A stretch of DNA of 64,000 nt, from NCBI GenBank assembly GCA_965267575.1, contig OZ254086.1:2944001-3008000 (forward strand). Direction: 5' to 3'. A program made the translations under genes and the position numbers. Below are positions 38,683 through 47,591 of this stretch, piece by piece. Each line of letters begins with the position of its first letter. The first letter of the stretch is position 1. This DNA comes from Calditrichales bacterium. Lineage in GTDB: Bacteria > Calditrichota > Calditrichia > Calditrichales > J004. The notes under the pieces were generated by a model. It was not told the DNA's origin, searched no databases, and was given only the letters and a program-made list of their open reading frames with translations.

Positions 38683-38937
38683 TCAGCTTTTGGCAGAAGC
38701 AGGGTGGTCCATTTTCATATATACACCTCCCTTATCCAGTTCGGCCAGCATCTGGGCGAGTCGCTTTTTTCGGGTTTCCGGGCGTTTGGCCCGGGTTATC
38801 CAGCCTATGTAGTCGTTTTGCTGGTATTCCGGACGCTCGCTGTAATCCTGCATAAGTCCGCTGTCTTCTAAAGCCATTCGTATATCATCCGGCATGGGGT
38901 ATTTTTCGCGTTGCAATTTTGATTTCTGCTTTGCCAT
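38683..38937 (-). CDS. YdeI/OmpD-associated family protein
   Basis: MPDDIR.AL...Y..RP.YQQNDYIGWI..AKRPETR.KRL.QML.EL. ATG at 38937 follows GGAG. Confidence 0.8.
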   Translation of the reverse strand: MAKQKSKLQREKYPMPDDIRMALEDSGLMQDYSERPEYQQNDYIGWITRAKRPETRKKRLAQMLAELDKGGVYMKMDHPASAKS

Positions 38938-39108
38938 AGTTCCAACTCCGCTATTGTTATACCCCGGGAATATATCAGGCCATATCGCCAATCTCAAACA
39001 GCAAGAAGCTGCTGATTTTACAACCGGCCGATCAAGATGGCTTGCTTTATGTCGAATTGAATAATTGTCAGGTGACAATATTTATACAAAGGAAATAAAA
39101 AAATCTGT

Positions 39109-42100
39109 ATGAGCGATAAAGCTTCATCTAAACCGGCCGGATCTGGCTCCAAAACGAATACTTTCCCAACCCTTAACGCTGAAGATAGCGGCAATCTGCG
39201 CTTCCGCAGTCTGGTAGAACAATCGATAACTGGCGTTTATATCATTCAGGATGGGGTTTTTAAATATGTCAATCCCAAACTCGGTGAAATTTTTGGTTAT
39301 CCTGCGCAAGAGCTGAGCGACGATTTCCCCGTAAAAGACCTTGTATATGAGCCCGACCGGGAAACCGTGCGCGAGAATATCCGCAAACGGGTTGACGGTG
39401 AAGAAAAATCGATACGTTACAGTTTTCGTGGTCAAAGAAGCGATGGGTCGGTCATTTATGTTGAGGTACACGGCAGCCGCTCGCTGCATAACGGCCGCCC
39501 GGCTGTAATCGGTACGCTCCTGGATATAACCGACCGGATAGAGTCGGAACAAGCCTTAAGGCAAAGCGAAGAACGCTACCGCAATCTCGTTGATAACGCA
39601 TCCGACGGAATATTTATCTCAGATAAGGACGGCAACTTTCAATCCGTTAACCCCGCAGGATGCGAGATGCTTGGTTATACGAACCGTGAATTAATGGATT
39701 TAAATATCCGCGACGTTATTGAGCCCGGCGACCTTAAGAAGACTCCGATCCGCATCCCGGAATTGCATGCCGGTAATAAGGTCGTCATTCAGCGTAAAAT
39801 TCAACGTATGGATGGGACTGTTCTGGATGTTGAGATCAGCGGGAAAATGCTACCAAACGGACAATTGCAGGGTATTGTTCGCGACATCACCGAGCGCAAA
39901 AGAGCAGAAGACGCCCTGCGAGCAGAAAAAGAACTTTCCGATTCTATTATTGACAGTATACCCGGTGCCTTTTACCTGTTGAATGATCATGCCCGTTTTG
40001 TCCGCTGGAACAGAAGTATGGAAAAACTGGTCGGCTACACACCGGAGGAAATCGAGCAATTGAGTCCGCTTGATTTGTTTTACGGTGAAGATAAAGAAAA
40101 AATTGCTGCCAGCATCAGCACGGTATTGCGTGAGGGCGAGGCCACGGTTGAAGCCAATCTTGTTACAAAAGACGGCTATGAGATTCCGTTTCTGCTGAAT
40201 GGACGCCGTATTTTAATTAACGACAGGCCTTTTCTTATTGGTGTTGGGATTGACATTACCGAAAGAAAAAAAGCCGAAGATGAAATGCTACGCGAAAAAG
40301 CATTTTCCGACATGACGATAGACAGTATCCCAGGCATGTTCTATTTGCTGGATGAAAAGGGAAATTTCAAGCGCTGGAACAAGAACATGACTGAACAGAC
40401 CGGCTACAGCGATACCGAAATGGGCTCACTTAATGCTCTGGACTTTTTTGAAGGCAAAGACCGGGAACTTATCGCAGAACGTATACGGGATGTGTTTGAG
40501 CAAGGCCACACTATCGTAGAGGCCGAGATGGTCTATAAAGACGGCAGAAAGGTACCGCACCTTTTTACCGGGCGGCGCGTTATCGTGAACGGAAAGCAAA
40601 AACTGTTGGGCGTCGGCATCGATACCACCGAACGTAACCGCGCAGTACAAGCCCTGAGAGAGAGTAAAGAGCGCTTCCGCAGGCTGGTAGAATCCACCCA
40701 TGCCGTCACCTGGGAATCGGAACCTCAACGCCGCAAATTCAGCTATGTGGGGCCGCAGGCCGTGGAGATGCTGGAATACGATCTAAAAGACTGGTATGAA
40801 GATTATTTCTGGCAGAAGCACATTCATCCCGATGACCGCGAACGCGTAATTAAAGAGTTTGACGCAAAAACGGCACAAAGCGATGAATTTGAAATTCAAT
40901 ATCGTTTTACAAGCAAAAGCGGCAAAAGCGTCTGGCTGCAGGATATCGTTTCTATTATTCGCCGCAGCGGCGAGGCACTGCGCATGCAGGGGTTCCTGGT
41001 TGATATTACGGAGCGCAAGCAGGCCGAACATGAACGCGAGGAGCTGGAAAGCCAGCTACGCCATTCACAAAAACTGGAAACGATCGGTACGCTGGCGGGC
41101 GGGATAGCACACGATTTTAACAATATCCTTGGGCCGATATTCGGCTACACCGAGCTGGCTCTGCAAGACCTTGATGACAAAAAACGGGTCCGTGAGGAAC
41201 TTGCGCAGGTGCTAAAAGCAGCGGAAAGAGCGCGCGACCTTACCGGCCAGATCCTGCTGTTCAGCCGCCAGGGCGAAGAGGAACGTAAACCCCTGCGCAT
41301 GCAACTTATCATTAAAGAAGTGATCAAGTTTCTGAAAGCTTCATTTCCGGCTACCATCCGGCTTAAGTACCGTATTGATAACAATTGCAAGCCGATTATG
41401 GCCAATGCCACGCAAATACACCAGGTGCTGACCAATTTGTGTACAAACGCTTACCATGCCATGCGTGACAAAGGCGGCGAACTTAGCTTGAAGCTGGAAA
41501 TGGAAACATGGTCTGAGGAGATGTCGCGCAGTATGCCCAGACTGGAAAAAGCAACCGAATACGTTAAGCTGACTGTGAGCGATTCCGGGCACGGTATAAG
41601 TCCGCACATTGTGGAACGCATATTCGAGCCGTTTTTCACAACCAAAGCCGTGGGGGAAGGAACGGGACTGGGTCTTTCCGTGGTTCACGGTATCGTTACC
41701 AAGCACGGCGGAGATATCTCGGTAAGAAGCAAAAAGGGAGAAGGCACGGACTTTTACGTTTACCTGCCGGCACTGGAATCCGGCGGTGATATGGCCGTTG
41801 ACGAAAAAGCATCATTGCCCGTTGGAAATGAAACCATCATGTGCATTGATGACGAAAAGGAAATTGTCAATATGGAAAAAATAACTCTGGAGCGGCTTGG
41901 TTATAAAGTGCTTGCCTACTCTTCCTCTGCCAGGGCATTGGCCGATTTTAAAAAAGAGCCGCATATGGCTGATCTGGTTTTGACTGATCAAACGATGCCC
42001 GAGCTAACCGGTATGCAAATCGCCGGTGAAATGCTGAAGATCAACCCGGATTTGCCCATCGTTTTGCTGACGGGTTTTAGTGAGAGCGTAACGGAAGAAG

Positions 42101-42198
42101 CGGTAAAAAAGGCCGGCATCCGGGAAATGCTGCTAAAGCCATTCAGTATTGCCCAACTGGCGGGCATATTGAGAAGTGCCCTGGAAAAACCCGCTTAG
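39109..42198 (+). CDS. Cytoplasmic multi-PAS hybrid sensor histidine kinase/response regulator
   Basis: Five PAS/PAC units, each closed by DIT(D/E)R or DTTER. SQKLETIGTLAGGIAHDFNN, NLCTNA, EPFFTTK..G.GTGLGL, receiver (IDDE...TDQTMP...KP). Confidence 0.92.
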   Translation: MSDKASSKPAGSGSKTNTFPTLNAEDSGNLRFRSLVEQSITGVYIIQDGVFKYVNPKLGEIFGYPAQELSDDFPVKDLVYEPDRETVRENIRKRVDGEEKSIRYSFRGQRSDGSVIYVEVHGSRSLHNGRPAVIGTLLDITDRIESEQALRQSEERYRNLVDNASDGIFISDKDGNFQSVNPAGCEMLGYTNRELMDLNIRDVIEPGDLKKTPIRIPELHAGNKVVIQRKIQRMDGTVLDVEISGKMLPNGQLQGIVRDITERKRAEDALRAEKELSDSIIDSIPGAFYLLNDHARFVRWNRSMEKLVGYTPEEIEQLSPLDLFYGEDKEKIAASISTVLREGEATVEANLVTKDGYEIPFLLNGRRILINDRPFLIGVGIDITERKKAEDEMLREKAFSDMTIDSIPGMFYLLDEKGNFKRWNKNMTEQTGYSDTEMGSLNALDFFEGKDRELIAERIRDVFEQGHTIVEAEMVYKDGRKVPHLFTGRRVIVNGKQKLLGVGIDTTERNRAVQALRESKERFRRLVESTHAVTWESEPQRRKFSYVGPQAVEMLEYDLKDWYEDYFWQKHIHPDDRERVIKEFDAKTAQSDEFEIQYRFTSKSGKSVWLQDIVSIIRRSGEALRMQGFLVDITERKQAEHEREELESQLRHSQKLETIGTLAGGIAHDFNNILGPIFGYTELALQDLDDKKRVREELAQVLKAAERARDLTGQILLFSRQGEEERKPLRMQLIIKEVIKFLKASFPATIRLKYRIDNNCKPIMANATQIHQVLTNLCTNAYHAMRDKGGELSLKLEMETWSEEMSRSMPRLEKATEYVKLTVSDSGHGISPHIVERIFEPFFTTKAVGEGTGLGLSVVHGIVTKHGGDISVRSKKGEGTDFYVYLPALESGGDMAVDEKASLPVGNETIMCIDDEKEIVNMEKITLERLGYKVLAYSSSARALADFKKEPHMADLVLTDQTMPELTGMQIAGEMLKINPDLPIVLLTGFSESVTEEAVKKAGIREMLLKPFSIAQLAGILRSALEKPA

Positions 42199-42629
42199 CT
42201 TTCGCAATATACTTTCACCGCATCCATATCCTTCGCAATAGCTTTGCGGATCATGCTGCTCATCAGCTTGTTCATTACTTTGGCGAGAAACGAATGGGGC
42301 CGGGCTTCCATGGTCATCGTCAATTTTGTATTGTTGTTGGATTTTTCTACGCTGAACAGGGTATCCCACACGGTGCCGTGGCTATCGGCAACAAGCCTTA
42401 TGTGCCTGTTTTTTTCGTACTCTTTTACTTCCAGCTCAGTGCTAGCCTCGCGGCCTTTCATAAGTCTTTTCTCGCGAAAACGCGTACCCTTTCCACTTTT
42501 TTGATCACTCAGAAACTCAACATCCACAATATCGGGTATTGCCCTGGAAAAATTTTCAATATGGGCCACCGTTTGAAAAACCTTTTCAATGGGGGCATTT
42601 ATATTGCGGGTGATTGTTATTTTGCCCAT
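42195..42629 (-). CDS. SRPBCC/polyketide cyclase-like protein
   Basis: I.APIEKVF, G.GTRFRE, C-terminal helix. Confidence 0.8.
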   Translation of the reverse strand: MGKITITRNINAPIEKVFQTVAHIENFSRAIPDIVDVEFLSDQKSGKGTRFREKRLMKGREASTELEVKEYEKNRHIRLVADSHGTVWDTLFSVEKSNNNTKLTMTMEARPHSFLAKVMNKLMSSMIRKAIAKDMDAVKVYCES

Positions 42630-42651
42630 GGAAGTTTTCTCCTTTGGGTAT

Positions 42652-43506
42652 TCATCGTTGCATCAATTTAATAACACGATCCGGATAATCGGTTTCGATG
42701 CCGTCCACACCCAGCTCCAGAACGGCCTTTATGTCTTTGTGCTCGTGCACATGCCAGGCAATCAGCCGGATGCCTTTCTTCTGCACCTTTTCCACAAACG
42801 ATTTTGTAAGGAACCAGCGGTGCGCTTGGTAAAATGCGGCCTCTGACGGATTCTCTTCCAGGATATCCGTAAACGAAGGCGAGGTACCAATGGTGAAATT
42901 GAGCCACGAAGCGTGCAGGACAAAGACATAAAGACGCTCTATTTCCGGAGCAAGTTTGCGGCACAGCTCCAGTTGGTTCGTGTTGAAGGATTTAAGAACA
43001 ACCTGCTCGCCCACGCCGCGGTCGCGGACAATTTTTATGATACTTTCAACAAAGCCGGGGTACTTGTCCTCATCACCTTTCAGTTCAATAATCAGCTTTG
43101 TGCTTTCAGGTAATATGTCGATTGCTTCATCAAGCGTTGGAATTTGCGTGCCGGAAAAGGAGCTGTCATACCACGATCCGGCATCCAGCGCTTTCAACTC
43201 TTCCAGGGTCATTTCCACGACCTTGCCGGAACCGTCTGTCGTGCGGTCTACGCTGTAATCGTGAATAACAACCACTTCCTTGTCTTTACTCTGATGAACA
43301 TCAATCTCAATATAATTTGCGCCCAGCCCGATGGCCTTTTCTATGGAGGGAATTGTGTTCTCCGGGGCGTATCCGGCGGCACCCCGGTGGGCGATTACAA
43401 TAAAATCATCGTGCCTGTCTTCGGAAGACAATTCGCTGTCTGATGAAAGCGCCGGGTTTAAAGGCAGCAGAAAAATCAGGCATACAAGCGAGGAAAGTGA
43501 TCTCAT
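42652..43506 (-). CDS. Glycerophosphodiester phosphodiesterase (exported)
   Basis: IAHRG....PENT, IEIDV..SKD..VV.HD..VDRTT, IELK, GVDGIETDYP. Signal peptide. Confidence 0.9.
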   Translation of the reverse strand: MRSLSSLVCLIFLLPLNPALSSDSELSSEDRHDDFIVIAHRGAAGYAPENTIPSIEKAIGLGANYIEIDVHQSKDKEVVVIHDYSVDRTTDGSGKVVEMTLEELKALDAGSWYDSSFSGTQIPTLDEAIDILPESTKLIIELKGDEDKYPGFVESIIKIVRDRGVGEQVVLKSFNTNQLELCRKLAPEIERLYVFVLHASWLNFTIGTSPSFTDILEENPSEAAFYQAHRWFLTKSFVEKVQKKGIRLIAWHVHEHKDIKAVLELGVDGIETDYPDRVIKLMQR

Positions 43507-43946
43507 TTGCGCGCGGCTTTACGGCACTTTTTTGGTGCCAGAATGTCTTTTTTGCGGCTTTTGGGGTCGGCCGCGGGTTTGCCAAAAAATTTCAGCGCCA
43601 GGTAGACCCATGTAGCCCGCAATGGCATCATACTGTCCGAATCGCACATGGCGCGAATAATACGATCGGCCTTGTCGCGGTTTTTTTCGTTAAACTCCAG
43701 TGCTCCGATACGCATGAGCTGGTAAAGCGCGTCATGCACAAGGGAGCCGCGCATGATCGTATGCGTGTCAATGGCCGGTCCTGACGCGCCATCCCAGGCG
43801 TAGCCTTCCTTTATGGTCAGCACGCCCTCGGGATTAAGCTGGACGTACTTGTTGCCCACCACCTTGTTCGGTTTAAAATCTATTGTGGTACTGTAGTCGG
43901 CAGAGAGCTGGTACTTATAGCCCTTTTTATATGTAATGCATTCCAT
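43503..43946 (-). CDS. DUF1353-like (phage-associated family) hypothetical protein
   Basis: GYAWDGAS.P...SLVHDALYQ...R.KAD...Y.AL..FG. GGAGGAGG RBS. Confidence 0.65.
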   Translation of the reverse strand: MECITYKKGYKYQLSADYSTTIDFKPNKVVGNKYVQLNPEGVLTIKEGYAWDGASGPAIDTHTIMRGSLVHDALYQLMRIGALEFNEKNRDKADRIIRAMCDSDSMMPLRATWVYLALKFFGKPAADPKSRKKDILAPKKCRKAARK

Positions 43947-44036
43947 TAACACCTCCTCCGTGAAGGTACGTTGATGCGCAATATTAATGCATCATCCGGG
44001 TTTGTGCATAATTTTTATTATCGATAGGGCAAAAAG

Positions 44037-45464
44037 CTACCGGCGGTTTGCGATTTTTTTCAGCATGCCGTGAAAAATAAGGTGGTGAAAGGGCAGGACG
44101 GCGTACCAGTATAAGCGGCCGGAAAGCCCGTTGGGACGGAATGTGGCGGTTTGGCGCAATACGCCGTTGGCAAGCCTGAACTCCAGCCAGGCCTCGCCCG
44201 GCAGTTTCATCTCGGCGTAGAGCAGTAAGCGCCCTTCCTCGCGATTGGCGTAAAGCACGCGCCAAAAGTCGAGCGCATCGCCGGCGTGCAGCGTTTTTTG
44301 GTTGGTGCGTCCGCGGCGCAACCCGACACCGCCGGCCAGTTTATCCAGAACGCCGCGGATTTCCCACAAAAGGTTCATATGATACCAGCCCGTGTCTCCG
44401 CCGATATTCCAGATATTGTTGAGCACATCCCCATCGGATCCGCCGGCCTGCATCTCGCGGCTGTCCACAAAGCAGCCGTGAGTGGGCGCGTTGATATATT
44501 CACCGGGCGTTTTCTCCAAAACCCCGCTCACCCAGGCATCTTTCCAGCTGGAAATAACGGCGTTGTCTTCGATGCGGGCAAAGGCACGGCGCAAAGATGT
44601 TTCGTAATCCGAGCAGGTGTAAGGGATGATGTCGCGGATGCGCGTTTCGGAACAAACCGCTTCGTTTTTTAGGCTGTCCACCAGGTGCCGCGCCAGCGAA
44701 AAGCTGGTGGAGGTTACAAAATAAAGCCAGTATGAACTCAACCGCGGCGTAAGCACAGGCACCAGGATGATATAGCGCCTCAGGCCGCGCACTTTGGCCA
44801 GGCCAAGCAGCATCTCGCGGTAGGTCAGAACATCCGGGCCGCCAATATCAAAGGACTGATCATAACAATCAGGATTATTTATTACCTTTGTTAAATAAAA
44901 GATTACATCGCGTACGGCGATAGGCTGGCAGCGGTTATTGACCCATTTTGGCGCGACCATTAGCGGCAGCTTTTCAACGAGGTCACGTATGATCTCGAAT
45001 GAGGCACTCCCCGAACCGATGATGATGGCTGCGCGCAATACCGTAACCGGCACGGAACCGTCACGTAGGATTTTCTCAACATTGTAACGGGATTGCAGGT
45101 GCGGCGAAAGCTGTTGATCATTAACCAGACCCGAAAGATAGATGATTTGCCTGCATTTGCCGGTGGACGCCCAGCGGGTAAAATTTTCCGCGGCGCGCGC
45201 TTCCATCTGTTCAAATTGCTGAGAGCTGTGGCTCATAGAGTGCACCAGGTAATAAGCCACATCGATGTTTAAAGGGAGTCCGTTCAGGCTTTCGGCGTCC
45301 AGCACGTCGGCCTGAACAACAGTTGTATTCTCACGAAGGTTTTCCGGGAGGTCAAAGCGTAGCGGGTTGCGGACTACGCAGGTAACATGATGTCCGGCCT
45401 GTACCAAAACTGGCAATAAGCGTCGTCCAATATAACCGGTTGCTCCGGTGAGCAGGATATTCAT
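44037..45464 (-). CDS. Atypical SDR/NAD(P)-binding protein with C-terminal DUF2867 (YbjT-like)
   Basis: TGATGYIG, YYLVHSM, LRAAIIIGSGSASFE, GD.LDFWRV...AEMKLPGEAWLEF...GRLYWY. Confidence 0.9.
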   Translation of the reverse strand: MNILLTGATGYIGRRLLPVLVQAGHHVTCVVRNPLRFDLPENLRENTTVVQADVLDAESLNGLPLNIDVAYYLVHSMSHSSQQFEQMEARAAENFTRWASTGKCRQIIYLSGLVNDQQLSPHLQSRYNVEKILRDGSVPVTVLRAAIIIGSGSASFEIIRDLVEKLPLMVAPKWVNNRCQPIAVRDVIFYLTKVINNPDCYDQSFDIGGPDVLTYREMLLGLAKVRGLRRYIILVPVLTPRLSSYWLYFVTSTSFSLARHLVDSLKNEAVCSETRIRDIIPYTCSDYETSLRRAFARIEDNAVISSWKDAWVSGVLEKTPGEYINAPTHGCFVDSREMQAGGSDGDVLNNIWNIGGDTGWYHMNLLWEIRGVLDKLAGGVGLRRGRTNQKTLHAGDALDFWRVLYANREEGRLLLYAEMKLPGEAWLEFRLANGVLRQTATFRPNGLSGRLYWYAVLPFHHLIFHGMLKKIANRR

Positions 45465-45528
45465 GTAGGATTTTAACGTTCATTAGTTTTGTTTCATTCG
45501 GATAATACAAAAAAAACAATTCCTTATC

Positions 45529-46086
45529 CTACTGAGAAAACGCTTTGATGTCGTTTAATATAGCATCTTTGCATGTATCGCATATTCCGTGCGAGATATA
45601 TGGGTCATTCAGGCCGGAAAAATCGTCCACTTGTTCCAATGCCAATTCTATCTCAAGCCATTTTCCTGACATGTTTTTTACACCCTTGCAATAACTGCAC
45701 ATGTGAATGGTATTTTTTCGGTCTATTTTTTTAGGGGCATATAGATAGTGTTCATGGTATGGCTTTACATCAAGAAGTTCGGACGTGAAACAGATGCCGC
45801 CGCTTTCTGAGGCTGAAATACGCATCCTCATGTCCCTTTTCATGGCAGGGGAATCGCAGCGGAAATTATAGGAATACTCCTCGCCGCTTTGGCGCACCCT
45901 GTTCACAATCAGCTTTTGCAAAAAAAGCACGTCTTTACCTGTGACGTAATCCCAGATTTGTTTACCATACAACGTCCCGCTATTCAGCTCGGGACGGCCG
46001 TTATCGGCGGCAAAGTCGATAAAAGAGTCATTTATGTATTGAAACCTGTCATCAGAATCTATCTGATATATATAGAGTGTTTTCAT
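45529..46086 (-). CDS. PAS-like protein with C-terminal CxxC...SHGxCxxC motif
   Basis: Y.ID....YIN..F..FA..NG, FRCDSP...R.MRM, MCSYCK...W..IE...SHGICDTC. Confidence 0.65.
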   Translation of the reverse strand: MKTLYIYQIDSDDRFQYINDSFIDFAADNGRPELNSGTLYGKQIWDYVTGKDVLFLQKLIVNRVRQSGEEYSYNFRCDSPAMKRDMRMRISASESGGICFTSELLDVKPYHEHYLYAPKKIDRKNTIHMCSYCKGVKNMSGKWLEIELALEQVDDFSGLNDPYISHGICDTCKDAILNDIKAFSQ

Positions 46087-46220
46087 CGTATAACTTCCTA
46101 AAAGTGTTTGCACTTAATATAATGAGAATCAACGTCCGTGTTTGTAGGATTTTTAATACACTTTAAGGAAATATTTCCCGGCAGGAACTGGAAAAATTAG
46201 AGTGGGGGTAAGTATGGCAG

Positions 46221-46258
46221 AAAAAATAAAAGCGGCGGCCCCATGTTGCCACCGCTTT
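46221..46258 (-). terminator. Probable Rho-independent terminator
   Basis: aaagcggcggc...gccaccgcttt hairpin preceded by an A run on the plus strand, downstream of the minus-strand lipoprotein gene. Confidence 0.6.
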
Positions 46259-46310
46259 CAAAATTATCCAAAAAAAATCACTCCGTTCGCAAAAGCCGGA
46301 TTACGCCGTA

Positions 46311-46910
46311 CTAGCGGTCGCGAATCTGGTCCAGATGCTCCCGGCTTTTTTCCACGGCCAGGATCGACGCGTCGGCGACGTTAAGCCCTTTACCGATCAT
46401 CGCACCACTGAGGTTAAAGGTTGCTGAGACGGTGGCTTTTACGGGCGTATTATTTTGGAATCCTTCAAACTCACCCTGGAAGCTGCCTTTGAAAGAACCC
46501 GTATTCAATGCCGTTAAAGTAAAAGTTCCGCTGTCGCTTATCAGCAAAATCTCATCATTGTTGATGGTGCCCAGAATTGTCCCGGGAACGGTGGCGCCGC
46601 TGTCCACAAAGGTAAGACCGCCGTTGTTTTTATTGGTCAGACCTACAAAGGCAATTCCCAGGCCCTCATCGTAAAGCGTGATATAATGATTCATGTCCGG
46701 TTGTGTGATGGCGGTGGCTGTTAAAGTGTCACTGTCTGCCGTACGGGTGTATCCGCCGGAATATTGAATATCAATAGAGCCGATGTAGAGTTGAGCCAGC
46801 TGGCCATCGGTTATGCCGCCGTTACCGCCATTATTGTTGGAACTGCTGGAATCCTCGCTGCAGGAAAAGAGAAAGACCAGCGCTGCCAAAGAAAAAATAT
46901 ATTTATTCAT
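46311..46910 (-). CDS. Hypothetical lipoprotein
   Basis: MNKYIFSLAALVFLFSC lipobox, S/N/G-rich tether, beta-rich body. Confidence 0.7.
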   Translation of the reverse strand: MNKYIFSLAALVFLFSCSEDSSSSNNNGGNGGITDGQLAQLYIGSIDIQYSGGYTRTADSDTLTATAITQPDMNHYITLYDEGLGIAFVGLTNKNNGGLTFVDSGATVPGTILGTINNDEILLISDSGTFTLTALNTGSFKGSFQGEFEGFQNNTPVKATVSATFNLSGAMIGKGLNVADASILAVEKSREHLDQIRDR

Positions 46911-47055
46911 GGATAGGACCTCAGGTTGGTTGTTGAAAGACTTTGAATTTCGCTTGTTACCATCCCTAAAGCAATAATTATTTGGACATATTTTCCCCTT
47001 GAATGTGAATACTTATTTGGTACATTTGTCGATACCACTAACTCAGGAGGGTAGA

Positions 47056-47544
47056 ATGAAGAAGCTTTTATTGATTGTTTTTATTGCACTTATTGTCATT
47101 AGTCTGGAATCTTGTACGCTGGCTAAGATCAGTGGCCGTGGCAATACGCCGCTGGTATTGAATAACCTGCCCACGCAAGTGGAAATGGTTGATCACTTTA
47201 AAGTGGACAAGATGAAGACGTTTGATTACACCGGTGCAACGGACGTTTCTGAAGTACTTACGGAAAAGCTGGACAAGAAAGGCGACGCCATAACAAATTT
47301 GACGATCGTAATTAAGACAGATCCTGCTACGTTTTTTGTAAACCTTTTTACGCTGGGCCTGGCTAATGCCTATATCGTTGAGGTGGAAGGTGACCTGGTT
47401 AACCTGCCCCAAGGTTTTGGCAGTCTGAAAGAAAGCGGCGCCTATAACCTGAGCCAGATTTCAGAAAATGAAATCATCCATGGCGATTCTGAAACGCTGT
47501 ATATTTTTGAAAACAACAAGCTTTTCAGAGTAAACAACAATTAA
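47056..47544 (+). CDS. Hypothetical lipoprotein
   Basis: AGGAGG RBS, MKKLLLIVFIALIVISLESC lipobox, NLFTLGL motif (Bor/TRL-like). Confidence 0.65.
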   Translation: MKKLLLIVFIALIVISLESCTLAKISGRGNTPLVLNNLPTQVEMVDHFKVDKMKTFDYTGATDVSEVLTEKLDKKGDAITNLTIVIKTDPATFFVNLFTLGLANAYIVEVEGDLVNLPQGFGSLKESGAYNLSQISENEIIHGDSETLYIFENNKLFRVNNN

Positions 47545-47553
47545 AGTTGTTAC

Positions 47554-47580
47554 AGGGCGTCCCGCGGGGCGCCCTTTTTT
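47554..47580 (+). terminator. Rho-independent terminator
   Basis: agggcgtcc-cgcg-gggcgccct followed by a T run. Confidence 0.75.
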
Positions 47581-47591
47581 ATTTGATGTGC

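Noticed and set aside
32502..43946. Possible prophage (amidase, coiled-coil protein, DUF1353-like gene)
   Set aside because: No integrase, terminase, capsid, tail or replication genes and no att repeats were seen. The genes are interspersed with ordinary host genes.
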